NCBI RefSeq assembly: GCF_009914755.1
Contig: NC_060931.1
Reading direction: 5' to 3' (one strand)
Length of the DNA: 64,000 bases
Source: the human T2T-CHM13v2.0 reference genome, Homo sapiens
The notes beneath the pieces are model-generated. The model worked only from the letters and a program-made list of their open reading frames with translations, did no database searches and was not told where the DNA came from. The translations under genes were made by a program, and so were the position numbers. The first letter of the stretch is position 1. Every line of letters begins with the position of its first letter. Shown piece after piece: positions 48,702 through 63,518 of the stretch.

Positions 48702-49341
48702 GGACATTTGGTGGCGATTTGGCACTTCTGAAGAGTCATTCCACAGGCTCCAGGGACCATGGCAACCAGGCTATTTGCTCCTTATTTCCCTTCTAGCATT
48801 CTCCTTTGTAACATGTTCGCGTCCCTTAGCACCTCCACCCGGTGCTGATCCAGGGCAACAATAAAAGAACTCACTCTGGTCCAACCACCTTGCCAAGTGC
48901 TCTTGCTCAAAGAGCCAAGGCAGAAGCTCATTTGGTAGAAGTTGAATCTGAGGCCTTTTATTACCATTAATCTAACCTGTCCCAATTTGAAAGGATGAGG
49001 AAGGTGTGTTTGCATTCAACTCAAATCACATCCCGAAAAATGGGGGAAAAAATTTGTAAGCAATTCAGAAGGAGAATAAGGCCCAATGTGTGTTGCATAA
49101 AGGAATAAAACTCTGAACAATAGTGCTGTCAGAAACAGGAAGGAAGACCTCTTTCCACAAATCCAGATGAGACTAATTCAGCATGGAGAATTATTTCAGC
49201 TTGACATTAAAGGGAAATTCTGAGAAAGAAAAGGCAATGGGAAGTATAACTGTTGGAAAAGGCTGCACTTGTGCAAGAGGTCGAATGGAGTAGCATTCGA
49301 TACATAATCACTGTAACTGCTAACTAAAAAAGGGTTCCTTG

Positions 49342-49646
<305 letters not shown>

Positions 49647-51532
49647 GGTTATTTGACAAACTCCCGCTTTATTTTTCACTTGGGTAATATTTTTACGCAT
49701 ATTGTAGATGTCTATTTCAATTAGGAACTACAAATGTCATTTTGTCAGATTTAGACCCCATTGAAAAATAAACAGCAAATTTTGAAATGCTTTGTTCTTG
49801 TATTTTATATCAAGTTTATTTGATAAAGTCTGAAGTCTGGGTTTTCCGTGTTTTCAATATTTGTGGTCTTTAGGCATCATGGCTTACTTTAAAAGGCTAA
49901 CCCCCAATAATATTTGGTTTCCTTTGTAACATGCGAGATATTAAATGAAAACTGGTGATTTTTTTGGACTAAAATTAGCAAAGGTAAAACTTAGATATTT
50001 TCTCACATGCAAGCAAGTTTTCAGTTGAACTCATATCTCACACTAATTGGGTGAAAAGTTGATCTAAATTAGAGATGCTTTAAATTCAGTATTATGACTT
50101 TCAAGGGCATTCAGTAACAAAACGAAGTAGATAAGAAAAACATTCTATTTATACGTCTAACCAGGACAGCTCTGAGAGGCTAAATAAGTTTCACGGGTAA
50201 TTAACATCATTTGCATGAGGACTAATATGCTTGAGATTAAAAGTTCTTTTTTAAATGTCATACAATTTTTTTGACTGTTCCCATCTTGACTTAGAGTAAT
50301 GGCTAGCGCTGGCAAATACATCTGCCCCCAAAGACCAAACAGGTTAAGGCAAGTGTCACTAAACACTTATGTCTGCATCGGAGTTTCCATCAGCCAAAAC
50401 CAGCAAGTTTTCTCTAATGGAGAATCTTGTCTCATTATACATTGGTAGACTATGTAACTTATCATCATGAAAATTAAAACTGAAGAAGAAAATAATAAAT
50501 ATATATATATGAATATAAGCGCATGTGTGTACATATATATGTGTAACTTCATATATCCACCTAATTGTCAAACTTGCTCAAAATGACAGATAACTAAATG
50601 AATCGCCATATAACCATAACTCAGCTTCAACAATTAGCAATATTTTGCCACATTTGCTTCATCTTTTTCCCCCTTTCTTGCTAAAATATTTTAAAGCACT
50701 TCTCAGACATCATGTCATTTCACCCCTACGCACTGCAATGCACATCTATTAAAAAAATTACATTTTCTTATGTAAAAAAGTTATATACTGACTCATATTA
50801 ACAAAGGACATATACTGTTTGCTTATTAACAAAAGACATAATAATTCTCAGGATTAAAAATATCTCATCTGATAGTCATCCATGATCCCACCTCCCTAAT
50901 TGTCTCACAAAGGTCATTTTACATGATCCGTCCGCATCAGGATACAAACAAGGCACACATGTCGCTTATCTCTAATGTGCCCCACCCTCCCCAGCTGCTC
51001 ATTCTTTTCAAGTCATTGACTTGTCGCAGAAACCGTGTCAGCTGTCCTGAAGACTGTCCTACATTCCAGAAGCCCACGGGGTATCATTTAGTTTGTTCCT
51101 CTGTCCCTCATATTTCCTGCAAATGGAAGTTGGCCCTAGAGCTTTGAATAGATTCATATTCAGCTTTTCATGAAGACAACTTCATATGGGATGCTGTGAG
51201 CTTCAGGTTGTACTACATTGGGACCCCACCCTACCTAGATATGCCAACTATAGTGACAACTAGCAGGTTCAGGGGGTGACAGCCCAAAATGTGCATTGTC
51301 AAGTTCTCCATAAACCTTTCATCTCATGGTTTCTTTCATCACAGAGCCTTGCTTGATGCAAACACCGTATTTCATTCTTGGTGGCAAACTGGTGATTTCC
51401 AAGTGCAATTAATTTCTTCCACAATTATTCATTGACATCTTCATACAGAAGGTGTCCTTTTTTTTTTTTTTTTTAATCAACTTGGGCTATTTGGTTACTG
51501 TTACTTGGGCTATTTGAAATACTGTTTATGCT

Positions 51533-52065
<533 letters not shown>

Positions 52066-52416
52066 CTATAAGCTTTTACCCCTACCATGTTAAAGTACCA
52101 TGGAAGTAAGTCTATATATGTATGTATTGTTAGAAACTCATTGGAATATATATAATATATAAAATATATATTATAAACATATAGTTTTTAGTATATATTA
52201 CAAATATACAATATATAAAATATGTAAAATGTTTATATATGTTATATGAATATATTTTTAATGTGTTGCTACCAATTGCATTTATTATTTTTTTACTGCT
52301 TAAATCATTCCATTTTGGGCAGTGGAAATCCTTTCAGTGGCCTCCAGTTCTTAGATAACCTGTTAGTCTTTGGACTTAGCACACACTGCCTAGCTCATAG
52401 TAAGGATTTCCATAAC

Positions 52417-52709
52417 TTTTTTTTTTTTTTGAGACAGAGTCTTGCTCTGTCACCCAGGCTGGAGTGCTATGGCATGGTCTCGGCTCATTGCAACCTTCAC
52501 CCCCAGGTTCAAGCGATTCTCCTCCCTCAGCCTCCTGAGTAGCTGGGATTACAGGTGTGAGCCACCATGCTGGCTAATTTTTGTATTTTTAGTAGAGTCA
52601 TGGTTTCGCCATGTTGGCCAGGCTGGTCTCGAACTCCTGACCTCGTGATCCGTCCATCTTGGCCTCCCAAAGTGCTGGGATTACGGGCATGAGCCACCAC
52701 ACCCAGCCG
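52417..52709 (-). mobile_element. AluS
   Basis: Full dimer. Confidence 0.93.
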
Positions 52710-53372
52710 ACTTCGGTAACTTTTATCTATTACTATATGAAAGTGAAACTTACTTCCACATAACAATGACCATAAGAACACAAGTATTCAGCCTATCCAA
52801 CATATCTCTATCACGAGCATTTACTGGGTCCATACTATGTACCAGCACTATCCAAAGTAACTGGACTACAAAGACAGGTATAGCATGTTCAGTGATTATG
52901 GGATTACAGACTCGAGCAGCTGTTTATAAACACAGCATTCTAGTGCACCTGCACTTCAGGGTTAGGTGAGAAGTTAGTCATGAATCATTTATAGCTTGCC
53001 TTAGAGAAGACTAGGGATAATTGCAAATGACAGGCTTCTTAAAGAAATAAATGAGAAGAGATTCAAGGTGAGCCCTAGAATGCCGCTGGTCTCAGTGTAT
53101 CTCAATATTCAGAAAACCAGGGAGCAGACGCAGCTGGATCGCTCAGCCTTGCACAACGCAGTGTGTCCTGTATCTGTGCATCATTGATCAAGTGTGTCAT
53201 GCTCTGAAAAAAAAAGCTGGTCTAGGAAGAGCAATGTGTTACCAGACAACTATAACACAGTGGGATGTGTTCTCACAATGCCATCAGAATAGAGATGAGC
53301 ATGTGGTTGAAAAAAAATCTGTAGGAAGGGAAATATCAGTTGGGCTTTTAAAAGATGACTGAAATTCATTTT

Positions 53373-54236
<864 letters not shown>

Positions 54237-54955
54237 TAACAGAAGAAGGCAAGGAGGGGGAGAGGGTAGATGGACCAAAAGAGAGAAAAAGTCAAAACAA
54301 AAAGACGAATTAGAAATCTACAGTGGCGGAGATGAAAAATTATGAGAGTCTAGAAGTATACCTTAAATCTGCCAGGTAGAAAAAAAGGAGGCAGAAATTC
54401 ATTCACAAAGCTTTTCACAGGTGAAATTTACAGGACTTGGTGACTGCTAAAATGCGAGAAGTTATGAAGAAGAGGAATGAAGGATGACTCTCAGGTTTCT
54501 GAGTGTAAACAGGAAGTCGCTGAAATGCAATTCCATTTGCTAACTAGCCAAATCACAGTGCAAATTGATTAAGAATTAATACATGACAGAGTGTATTAGC
54601 AAAACAGGCAAGTTGCAAAAGACATCTTGGAGAAATAAACTCATCAGGATTTCCATTTTAAAAACACATGCAGGGCAACTCACATTTATAGCCTCTCCAT
54701 TTTTGAATGTTAATGTTCTCTGGAAAGTAAATTATGAATGTCCAGTATGCCAGGATGCCGTCCTTAGCATCAAAGATGAGTCCCAAATTTGAGGTATAGG
54801 TTGCCTAGCAACTAAAGTCCCCTCGAACAAAGAAAAACTGACTTTTTTTTTTCTAGTAAAGTCGCTTCATGGATCCAAAGCAGGAGTAGGGGGAAATGAT
54901 CATTAAAAATTGACCTTATGACGACAGTTCAGTTAAGAAAATTGAATTTACTCAA

Positions 54956-54970
54956 CCAGCAGGGGGCATC
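54956..54970 (+). promoter_or_regulatory. Candidate CTCF site
   Basis: CCAGCAGGGGGCATC is close to the CTCF core consensus; motif match only. Confidence 0.5.
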
Positions 54971-55093
54971 CCACCTTCTCCAAGAACCTTTGCTAAAGTT
55001 CTCCGTACAGGTTATTTCCCATCCTTGACCAATCTCAGCAAATGATAATCTCTCCTTCCTCTAAACTCTTACTTCACTGGGATGACCCTGGAG

Positions 55094-55490
55094 GCACAGC
55101 GTGGCATGATGGTTAATTTTTCAATCGTCGTCTTCGAATACGTTGACATATCTGGAGCCATTATCTTTTACGTCATTTATTGACTGTGGACCCGGACAGC
55201 CTAAGTTTGAATCGTGACTCTAGCCCTTACTACCTCTGTGGCCTTGAGCAATTGTGTAATGCCTCCATGCCTCAGTTTCCCCATCTTTAAATGCAGGCAG
55301 TAATACTACCCTCTCTCATGTTGTAAGCATTCTATGTGTGATACACGAATTTGTATTTTCATATTTATGAGTTCATATTTTTATGTGTATAATTTATGAT
55401 ATGTGAGCAATATAGGAGTTAACATAGTTAAGGTGCTTGACACAGTTCTGGCACATAGGAAGCACTCAGTAGTGGTTGGCTCTGATTAGT
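55094..55490 (+). mobile_element. MIR with internal insertions
   Basis: gatggttaa..., gcctcagtttccccatctttaaatg, ctggcacataggaagcactcagta. Confidence 0.78.
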
Positions 55491-55717
55491 ATTACATCAT
55501 GTTACCTTGCATCCTCTGTCGTAGCTGGAAAGGTAAACATATAGCATTTATTGTAAAAGTGATGAGTGATTTTCTGGTTCTTTTTCCACTGCTTCCTACT
55601 TTAATGTTCCATTTTGCAGGAAAACACTCGAATTTATTTCAGAGCTCCAAAGGGGCCTCAGGAATTACCTGAGTATTCTGCAGGTACTTAGGGAGGAATC
55701 AGCCCAACCAAGACATC

Positions 55718-56052
<335 letters not shown>

Positions 56053-56421
56053 TGAATTAGTGTGAGAAATTTGCAATTTGTGTGCAGTTGACTTGAAGGT
56101 CCTTCCTCTGGGCCAATCAGCTCACCCACAGAGTCCAAGCGTAGAAAATGTACATGGGAAAAATGTACATGGGAAAGAGATCCAATCTCTTTCCCATGTG
56201 CATCCCCATGAAAGGAAGGAGCATTTGCTGGGAGATGCTGAAGTCAGTCTCAAGAAGAAAGGAAAAGAAAAAGATGAATGAGCTTATAACAAACAGGTAG
56301 GTGGAGAAAAACCAGAGATAGACCTGAAAACACAGATTGCGCAGGAAGCTTTCATGGACAAGGCCCTGGGATTCGCAGAGGAAGGCACAGAACTTCCCTT
56401 TTCAAGGCCAGCCAACTAGGT

Positions 56422-57234
56422 TGTGGTAAGTAGAGTAATGGCCCTCCAAAGATGTCCATGTCTATAAATATGTCACCTTACATGACAAATGGGACTTTGC
56501 AGGTGTGATCAAGTTAAGGATTTTGATATAGAGAGTGATATAGTTTAGCTCTGTGTCCCCACCCAAATCTCATCTTGAATTGTACTCCCATAATTCCCAC
56601 GTGTTGTGGGAGGGACCCAGTGGGAGATAATTGAATCATGGGGGCGGTTTTCCCCATGCTGTTCTTGTGGTAGTGAATAAGTCTCACAAGATCTGATGGT
56701 TTTATCAAGGGGTTCTGCTTTCCCGTCTTCCTCATTCTCTCTTTGCCTGCTGCCAAGCATGGAAGACATGATTTGCTCCTCTTTGCCTTCCCCCATGATT
56801 GCGAGGCTTTCACAGCCATGTGGAACTGTAATTTCAATTAAATCTCTTTCTCTTTTAAATTGCCCAGTCTCAGGTGTGTCTTTATCAGCAGCATGAAAAC
56901 AAACTAATGCAGAGGGATTATCCTGAATTATCTGGGTGGGTGCAATGTCATTACAAGAGTCCCTAACTAAGAGGAAGGCCGGAGGGTGAGAGAAGGAGAG
57001 GTAAGGGCAGAGGCATAGCCACAGTGATGCATGGCCATGAACCATGGAGTGCTGGTCACCTCCAAAAGCAGGAAAAGGCAAGGAAAGGATTCTCCACTAG
57101 AGCTTCCAGAAGGAATGCAGCCCTGCTGCCCCACCCATCACTTCTGACTTTCAGAACTAAAAGATAATGAATTCCTGTTATTTTAAGCCGCTCAAATGGT
57201 GACTGTAGTTACAGCAGCAATAGGAACCGAATGG
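56422..57234 (+). mobile_element. MLT1C/D solo LTR interrupted by THE1
   Basis: tgtggtaagtagagtaatggccc...gggactttgcaggtgtgat...acagcagcaataggaa. Confidence 0.85.
56536..56911 (+). mobile_element. THE1 (THE1C-like) solo LTR
   Basis: tgatatagtttagctctgtgtccccacccaaatctc...aaacaaactaatgca; TSD gagag/gaggg. Confidence 0.92.
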
Positions 57235-57359
57235 CCAGGTGGGAAAAGGGAGGAGTCTGGGAGAAAATCCACGTGCCCTCCCTCAATAGGCAAGGAGAAG
57301 ACAGCAAGAGTGGAAGTGGCAAAGCAAACAAATTAGTGCCTGTATCAGCATTTTCCTTT

Positions 57360-57875
57360 GAATTTTTTTAAACTGTACATTCGGGGGTACACGTGCAGGT
57401 TTGTTACCTGACGACATCGCATGATGCTGAGATTTGGTGAACTGAACCCCTTACACAAGCAGTGAACACAGGGCCCAACAGGTAGCTTTTCAGCCCTTGC
57501 CTCCTTCCTCCTTCCCCACTCTGGTAGTCTCCAGTGTCCCCATCTTTATGTCCATGAGTACCCAATGGTTAGCTCTCACTTACAAGTGAGAACATCCACT
57601 ATTTGGTTTTCTGTTTCTGTGTTACTTAGGATAATGGCCTCCAGGTGCATTTGTGTGGCTGCGAAGGACATGATTTTGTCCTTTTTTACAGTTGTGTAGT
57701 ATTCTATGGCGCACATGTACCACCTTTTCTTTATGCAGTCCACCACTGATGGACACCTGTGTTAATTCTCTGACTTTGCTATTGTGAATAGTGCTGCAAT
57801 AAACATATGAGTGCAGAGCTTTTTTTTTTTTTTTTTTTTTTTGATAGAATGATTTCTTTTCCTTTGGGTTATATC
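57360..57875 (-). mobile_element. L1PA16/L1PB-type 3' end
   Basis: gggggtacacgtgcaggtttgttac...cacttacaagtgagaacat...attgtgaatagtgctgcaataaacat. Confidence 0.85.
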
Positions 57876-58316
57876 AGCATTTTCTAAACTGTTCTGTAAG
57901 ATGATATTATGAGTCCCCAGAAAGGGACAGGGCAAGTAGGGGAGTTCAGAAGATGATGAAAGTGGAACCAATTTGACAATCTGAGACTGATGGAAATTTG
58001 GTAAAAGAATATGATTGCTTTAGCCAGTTAAAAGTTGCAAGAAAGGTATTATCATTATTATTATTGTAACCATTACTATTATTATGACTCTTCTGTTTTT
58101 TGTGGGAAAAACAGGATGAATGGATGAAATGGATGAAAAAGATTCCTGGGTGTCTTGTCTGACACATTTTTCCAGGTTATCTCAGCCTTTCATCCTATTA
58201 CATAATCTGTAAGTGGTAGAAAACTACTAAGAATGCAAGGAATTCTTGTCCATAGAGATACAGATTAGTAGCATCTGGTGGAATGCAATCATTGTCTAGG
58301 ACAGATGATCTAAGAT

Positions 58317-58612
58317 GGGTACAGGTCCACAGCCTGTTAGGAACCGGGCCACACAGCAGGAGGTGAGGGAACATTACCTCCTGAGCTCTGCCTCCTGTAA
58401 GATCAGTGGTGGCATTAGATTCTCATAGGAGCATAAGCCCTTTTGTGAACTGCACGTGCGAGGGATCTAGGTTGCGTGTTCCTTATGAGAATCTAATGCC
58501 TAATGATCCAAGGTGGAATAGTTTTATCCCAAAACCATCCCCGCCTCAAGTCCATGGAAAAATTGTCTTCCATGAAACTGGTCCCTGCTGCCAAAAGGGT
58601 TGGAGACTGCTG
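58317..58612 (+). mobile_element. MER1B, 5' end missing
   Basis: gcctgttaggaaccgggcc...aaaagggttggagactgctg; homologous to 3729-4066. Confidence 0.9.
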
Positions 58613-58826
58613 GTCTAGGTGATAGATCCATTTTGCACCCACTTGTAAATCCATGTCAGCATTCGCTCTTTTCGTGTATACGTGTGATTCTTAGTCTTTT
58701 CCTTGGAACAAGTCATATCACCTTACTGGCTCTCTCAGTGAATGCCTTATATAAAATTTGTGATATATGTTCATCCTGTATCTGTATGGGAGTCACAATT
58801 TCTCATTTTCAAAAACTTATCCTGCA

Positions 58827-59680
58827 GGAAATGCAAATCAAAACCACAATGTAATACCACCTTACTCCCACAAGAATGGCCATTATCAAAAAATCAAAAA
58901 ACAATAGATGTTGGTGTGGATGCGGTAAAAAGGAAACACTTCTACACTGCTGGTGGGAATGTAAACTAGGACGGCCACTATGGAAAACAGTGTGGAGATT
59001 TCTTAAAGAACTGAACGTAAAACTACCATTTGATCCAGCAATCCCACTACTGTGCATCTGCTCGGAGGAAAAGAAATCATCATGCACAAAGGATACTGGC
59101 ACACGCATGTTTACAGCAGCACGATTTGCAATTACAAAAATGTGGAACCAGCCCAAATGTCCATCAATCAACAAGTGGATAAAGAAACTGAGATATATAT
59201 ACATGTACATAAATACACACATATGTACATGTATATATATCTCAGTTTACGTATACATATTCTTTATATACACATATATATATGATGGAATACTACTCAG
59301 CCATAAAAAGGAATGAATTAATAGCATTTGCAGCAACATGGATGGAATTGGAGACTACTAGTCTAAGTGAAGTAACTCAGGAATGGAAAACCAAACATCG
59401 TATGTTCTCACTCATAAGTGGGAGCTAAGCTATGAGGATTGAAAGGCATAAGAATGATACAATGAACTCTGGGAACTTGGGGGAAAGGGTGGGAGGGGGG
59501 TGAGGAATAAAAAATTACAAATTGGGTTCAGTGTACACTGCTCAGGTGATGGGTGCACCAAAATCCCACAGATCACCACTAAAGAACTTACTCACGTAAC
59601 CAAATACCATCCATTCCCCAAAAATGTATGGAAATAGAAAATTTAAAAATAATCATCATATAAATTAAAAAGCAAAAAAG
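58827..59680 (+). mobile_element. 5'-truncated L1PB1-like element
   Basis: ORF2 C-terminus [20 protein letters not shown], 3'UTR; TSD aaaac(tt/cc)atcctgca. Confidence 0.92.
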
Positions 59681-60406
59681 AAAACCCATCCTGCAATATT
59701 TTATTAGGATAGAGCCGTTGTGTAGCTAATATAGTCTGAAAGCGTGTGTGTCCGTCTTTCTCCCACCTTCTCAGGAGCTGACTCAGGTACCACAGTGATG
59801 CAGCAAGGCCAGGTACCCGAGAGGTATCCCCAGGCCCCAACTCCCTACACCGCACACACACAAAGCTCTCCCCATCTTGGTCTAAGAGGGACTAAGCCTT
59901 CCTCCTACGAGGACTCTCCCTGCCTTCAGAACTGTGGCTCCTCCAGTGAGGAAAAAGAGAGAAGCAGAAGGAACTGCAAAGTGGACCCTTGGATGCTGCT
60001 ATCCAAAATCAGAGCCAAAATTAAGAGACTCTTAACCCCCGCAAAATTATCCAGGTTAAAAACATACGTGAGCTTCAGAAAGGGTGAACATAGCCATGGC
60101 TGAGAATCGTTGTGGATTATCCTGATAGGAAATTGACATGCTTATGGGTGTTCTGTCCTTTGGGGTTGATGTCAGGGAGCCAAGTGGTTGCACTATTTCT
60201 GCTGTGTGTCCGAATTTCTAAAGTAATATCCGTGTATTGTTTGGAGAGCGGACTTTTTTGCTTTACTCCTACTTTTACAGAAAAGAATTTTGTTTCTCAA
60301 GCAACAAAACATTTGGTCTCTGGTGTCAAAGAGGACTTTATTATATTAGAATTATAAAGCTTTAGTTAGGAATAAGTGTTGGACATTATTAAATCAAGTT
60401 ACTGCA

Positions 60407-60722
<316 letters not shown>

Positions 60723-61007
60723 TTACTATGTATGGAGATGATTTTTCATCTTTTCCTTAAACTAGTCATACGATGTACCATGCTAATGAATTCCTTCCTA
60801 GCTTCTTTACTGGGGCATAGGATACAATACTTTGAATGCATATAGCCGAATTCTGTCTGCTAGTAGATTATTTTAGACTTTTGTGCCTGTATCAGCGTTT
60901 TTTACTGTCCAGGAAGATGTTAGCATGTACCAATGTTTAAAAAAGGGTTTATTCTCCAACTTGAGAAGTAAAATGGTGGGTAAACAAACAAACAAAACAA
61001 AACAAAC

Positions 61008-61299
61008 TGCCAGGTGCAGTGGTTCATGCCTGTAATCCCAGCATTTTGGGAGGCCGAGGTGGGCAGATCACCTAAGGTCAGGAGTTCGAGATCAGCCTGG
61101 CCAACATGGCAAAACCCCGTCTCTACTAAAAACATACAAATTAGCTGGGCACGGTGGCACATCCAGCTACTTAGGAGGCTGAGCCAGGAGAATCGCCTGA
61201 ACCCAGGAGGGAGAGGTTGCAGTGAGCCGAGCCGAGATTGCACCGCTGCACTCCAGCCTGGGTGACAGAGCAAGACTCCGTCTCAAATAACAAGAAAAA
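61008..61299 (+). mobile_element. AluS
   Basis: Dimer with small deletion and duplication. Confidence 0.92.
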
Positions 61300-61919
61300 G
61301 CTTCAGCAGGTCTCTGCTGCATGAACACTGAGAAGCTGTAACCAGCTGATGTGCACTGTAAATTTCAAGATGAGGGAAGTGACAGCAGCATTTCCCAGAC
61401 TTATTTGACTGTGGACCTTTCCCCTGGCACATCTATTCACATTTCCCAGCACACCATTCTGCAAATCACCAGTTTCCAAATGCTAGTTAATACAAAAGTG
61501 AGTCTTATTTCTGAAATACCTTTATTGAGGTTTGAGTTCAAGATCATGATTGCCTAAAACAAATTTAATACATTAATGTGTGCATGTTTCAGAAAAATTA
61601 TTTTTTAATACAAGAGTCCTTTGAGTCCTTTGTACCTTGAATATTTGAAAGACTTAGCTGGCATTTTATCAGATGCCTCCTGGGAGAGGTTAGCATCAGA
61701 TATATTTTGTAAATTCTTTCTCAGTCCCAACTTGCTCTGCCCTATTCAAGTGCCTACATCTGTACATCGATTTATTATTTTTTTTTTCAGTTAAAAAATG
61801 TGTGTCTTTATTTAAAGCTCAAAACCTGATTGGCATTCAATGGTATGTTTTCATGTTTACATTTCCTTCATAGCTATTGTCAAATACACATTCCCATTTC
61901 TAATTCTGTTATATCTTTG

Positions 61920-62600
61920 GCATTCATTCATTGACCAAGAAACTCAAAGTGACTATTGTACGGCAAGAACCAGGCATGAAAAATGGCCAAGACGTAGTTA
62001 CTGCTTTTGTGCAAGTCATGGTCTAGTGTGAGAGACAGATGCGCCAACGAATAATTACAACCCGCTGTAATGAAGGATAGAATAAAGTCATGCGAGCAGG
62101 CTGGGAAGACAAGAAGAATGCGACTGACAGCCTAGAGGAATTGGCAACTTCAAAGCCTTTGGATCCTACAAGATGAACAGAGAACAACGTAGCAATTTAG
62201 GCGGAAGCTACAGACTGTGTAAGAGGAAGGAGAAATGAAGGATGGCAGAGGAGGCCAGCCATGGTGGCTCACGACTGTAATTTCCACACTTTGGGAGGGC
62301 GACGCAGGTGGATCACTTTAGGTCAGGAGTTCGAGACCAGCCTGGCCAACACAGTGAAACCCCGTCTGTAGTAAAAATACAAAAATTAGCTGGGTGTGGC
62401 GGCACATGCCTATAATCTCAACTACATGGGAGGCTGAAGCAGGAGAATCGCGGGTACCCAGGAGGCAGAGGTGAGACTCCGTCTCAAAAAAAAAAAAAAG
62501 AATGGCAGAGGAAGAAAGGAGGAAGAGAGTGCAGAGAGAACATGGAATGGAGGAAAGCAGGACATGAGGCTGGTCAAATCAGGTTGAACCACAGGTTTGA
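61920..62600 (-). mobile_element. L2 fragments
   Basis: cattcattcattg...gtctagtgtgagagacagat. Confidence 0.5.
62253..62499 (+). mobile_element. AluS with right-arm deletion
   Basis: ggcagaggtgagactcc junction; TSD atggcagagga. Confidence 0.9.
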
Positions 62601-62829
62601 GTATGTGTTAGGTTCCCAGGGCTGCCATCACAAATTCCCACAGACCTAGTGGCTTAAAACCACACAAGTTCATTATCTGACTGTTCTAGAAGTCAAAGTC
62701 TGAAATGGGTTTCATTATCTGGCTTTTCTAGAAGTTGAAGTCTGAAGTGGGTTTCGCTGGATGAAATCAAGGTGTCAGCAGAGCCGCACGCTCCCCGCTA
62801 GGCTAGCACCCGTTTCCTTGCCTTTTCTA

Positions 62830-62941
62830 TTAGGCTGGTGCAAAAGTAACTGCATTTTTTGCCATTACCTTTAATGGCAAAAAACTTCGATGGCGATTAC
62901 CTTTAACGGCAAAAACCACAGTTACTTTTGCACCAATCTGA
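62830..62941. mobile_element. MADE1 with internal duplication
   Basis: ttaggctggtgcaaaagt...acttttgcaccaatctga, preceded by TA. Confidence 0.9.
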
Positions 62942-63037
62942 GAGCTTCCAGAGTGCACCTGAATTTCTTGGCGTACGGCCCCTTCCTCCGCATTCAAAGC
63001 CAGTCATGTTGCATCTTCTCTTTCCTCTGACCTCTGC

Positions 63038-63205
63038 AGAAGGTCGGACATCATACAGCATTATTTACATAAACCTAGATAGTCTAGCCCACTACACGTC
63101 TAGGCTAGATAGTATATGCTATTGCTCCTAGGGTACAAACCTGTACAACGTGTTACTGGACTGAATACTGTAGGCAACTGTAACACAACAGTAAGCATCT
63201 GTGTC
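63038..63205 (+). mobile_element. Tigger3(b)/Golem internal fragment without TIRs
   Basis: aaacctagatagtctagcccactacac...ctattgctcctagg...ctgaatactgtaggcaactgtaacacaa. Confidence 0.8.
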
Positions 63206-63518
63206 CCTCTGCTTCCATCATCACGTTTCCTTCTCTGACTCTGCTCCTCCTGCCTCGGTCTTAGAAGACTTGTCAAAACACAGTAATATATTCACAGGTT
63301 CTGTTCTGAGAATTAGGACGTGGGAATCTGTGGATGGGGCGGGCATTGTTCTGTCAATCTGCCTAGAGGCTGGATTTTATACAGCAGGCAATAAAGAGCA
63401 GTGAAAGATGTTTATGCAGGAAAGTTATCACGATGGATTGTGATAGGGAACTCTGACAGGAATGCAAAGAACAGCCTGGAGCAGGGGCAGACTGGTTTTA
63501 GGACCCGCTAAAATACCC

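Larger units (their letters stand above)
62604..63362 (-). mobile_element. MLT1C/D solo LTR carrying MADE1 and a Tigger3 fragment
   Basis: cagggctgccatcacaaatt...aaatcaaggtgtcagcag...tattcacaggttctg...aattaggacgtgg. Confidence 0.82.

Noticed and set aside
56145-56174. 15-bp perfect tandem duplication (similar small ones at ~4875-4943 and ~51481-51525)
   Set aside because: Common slippage events with no further structure
56545-57081. 178-aa minus-strand ORF
   Set aside because: Lies entirely in THE1/MLT1 LTR sequence and crosses their junction
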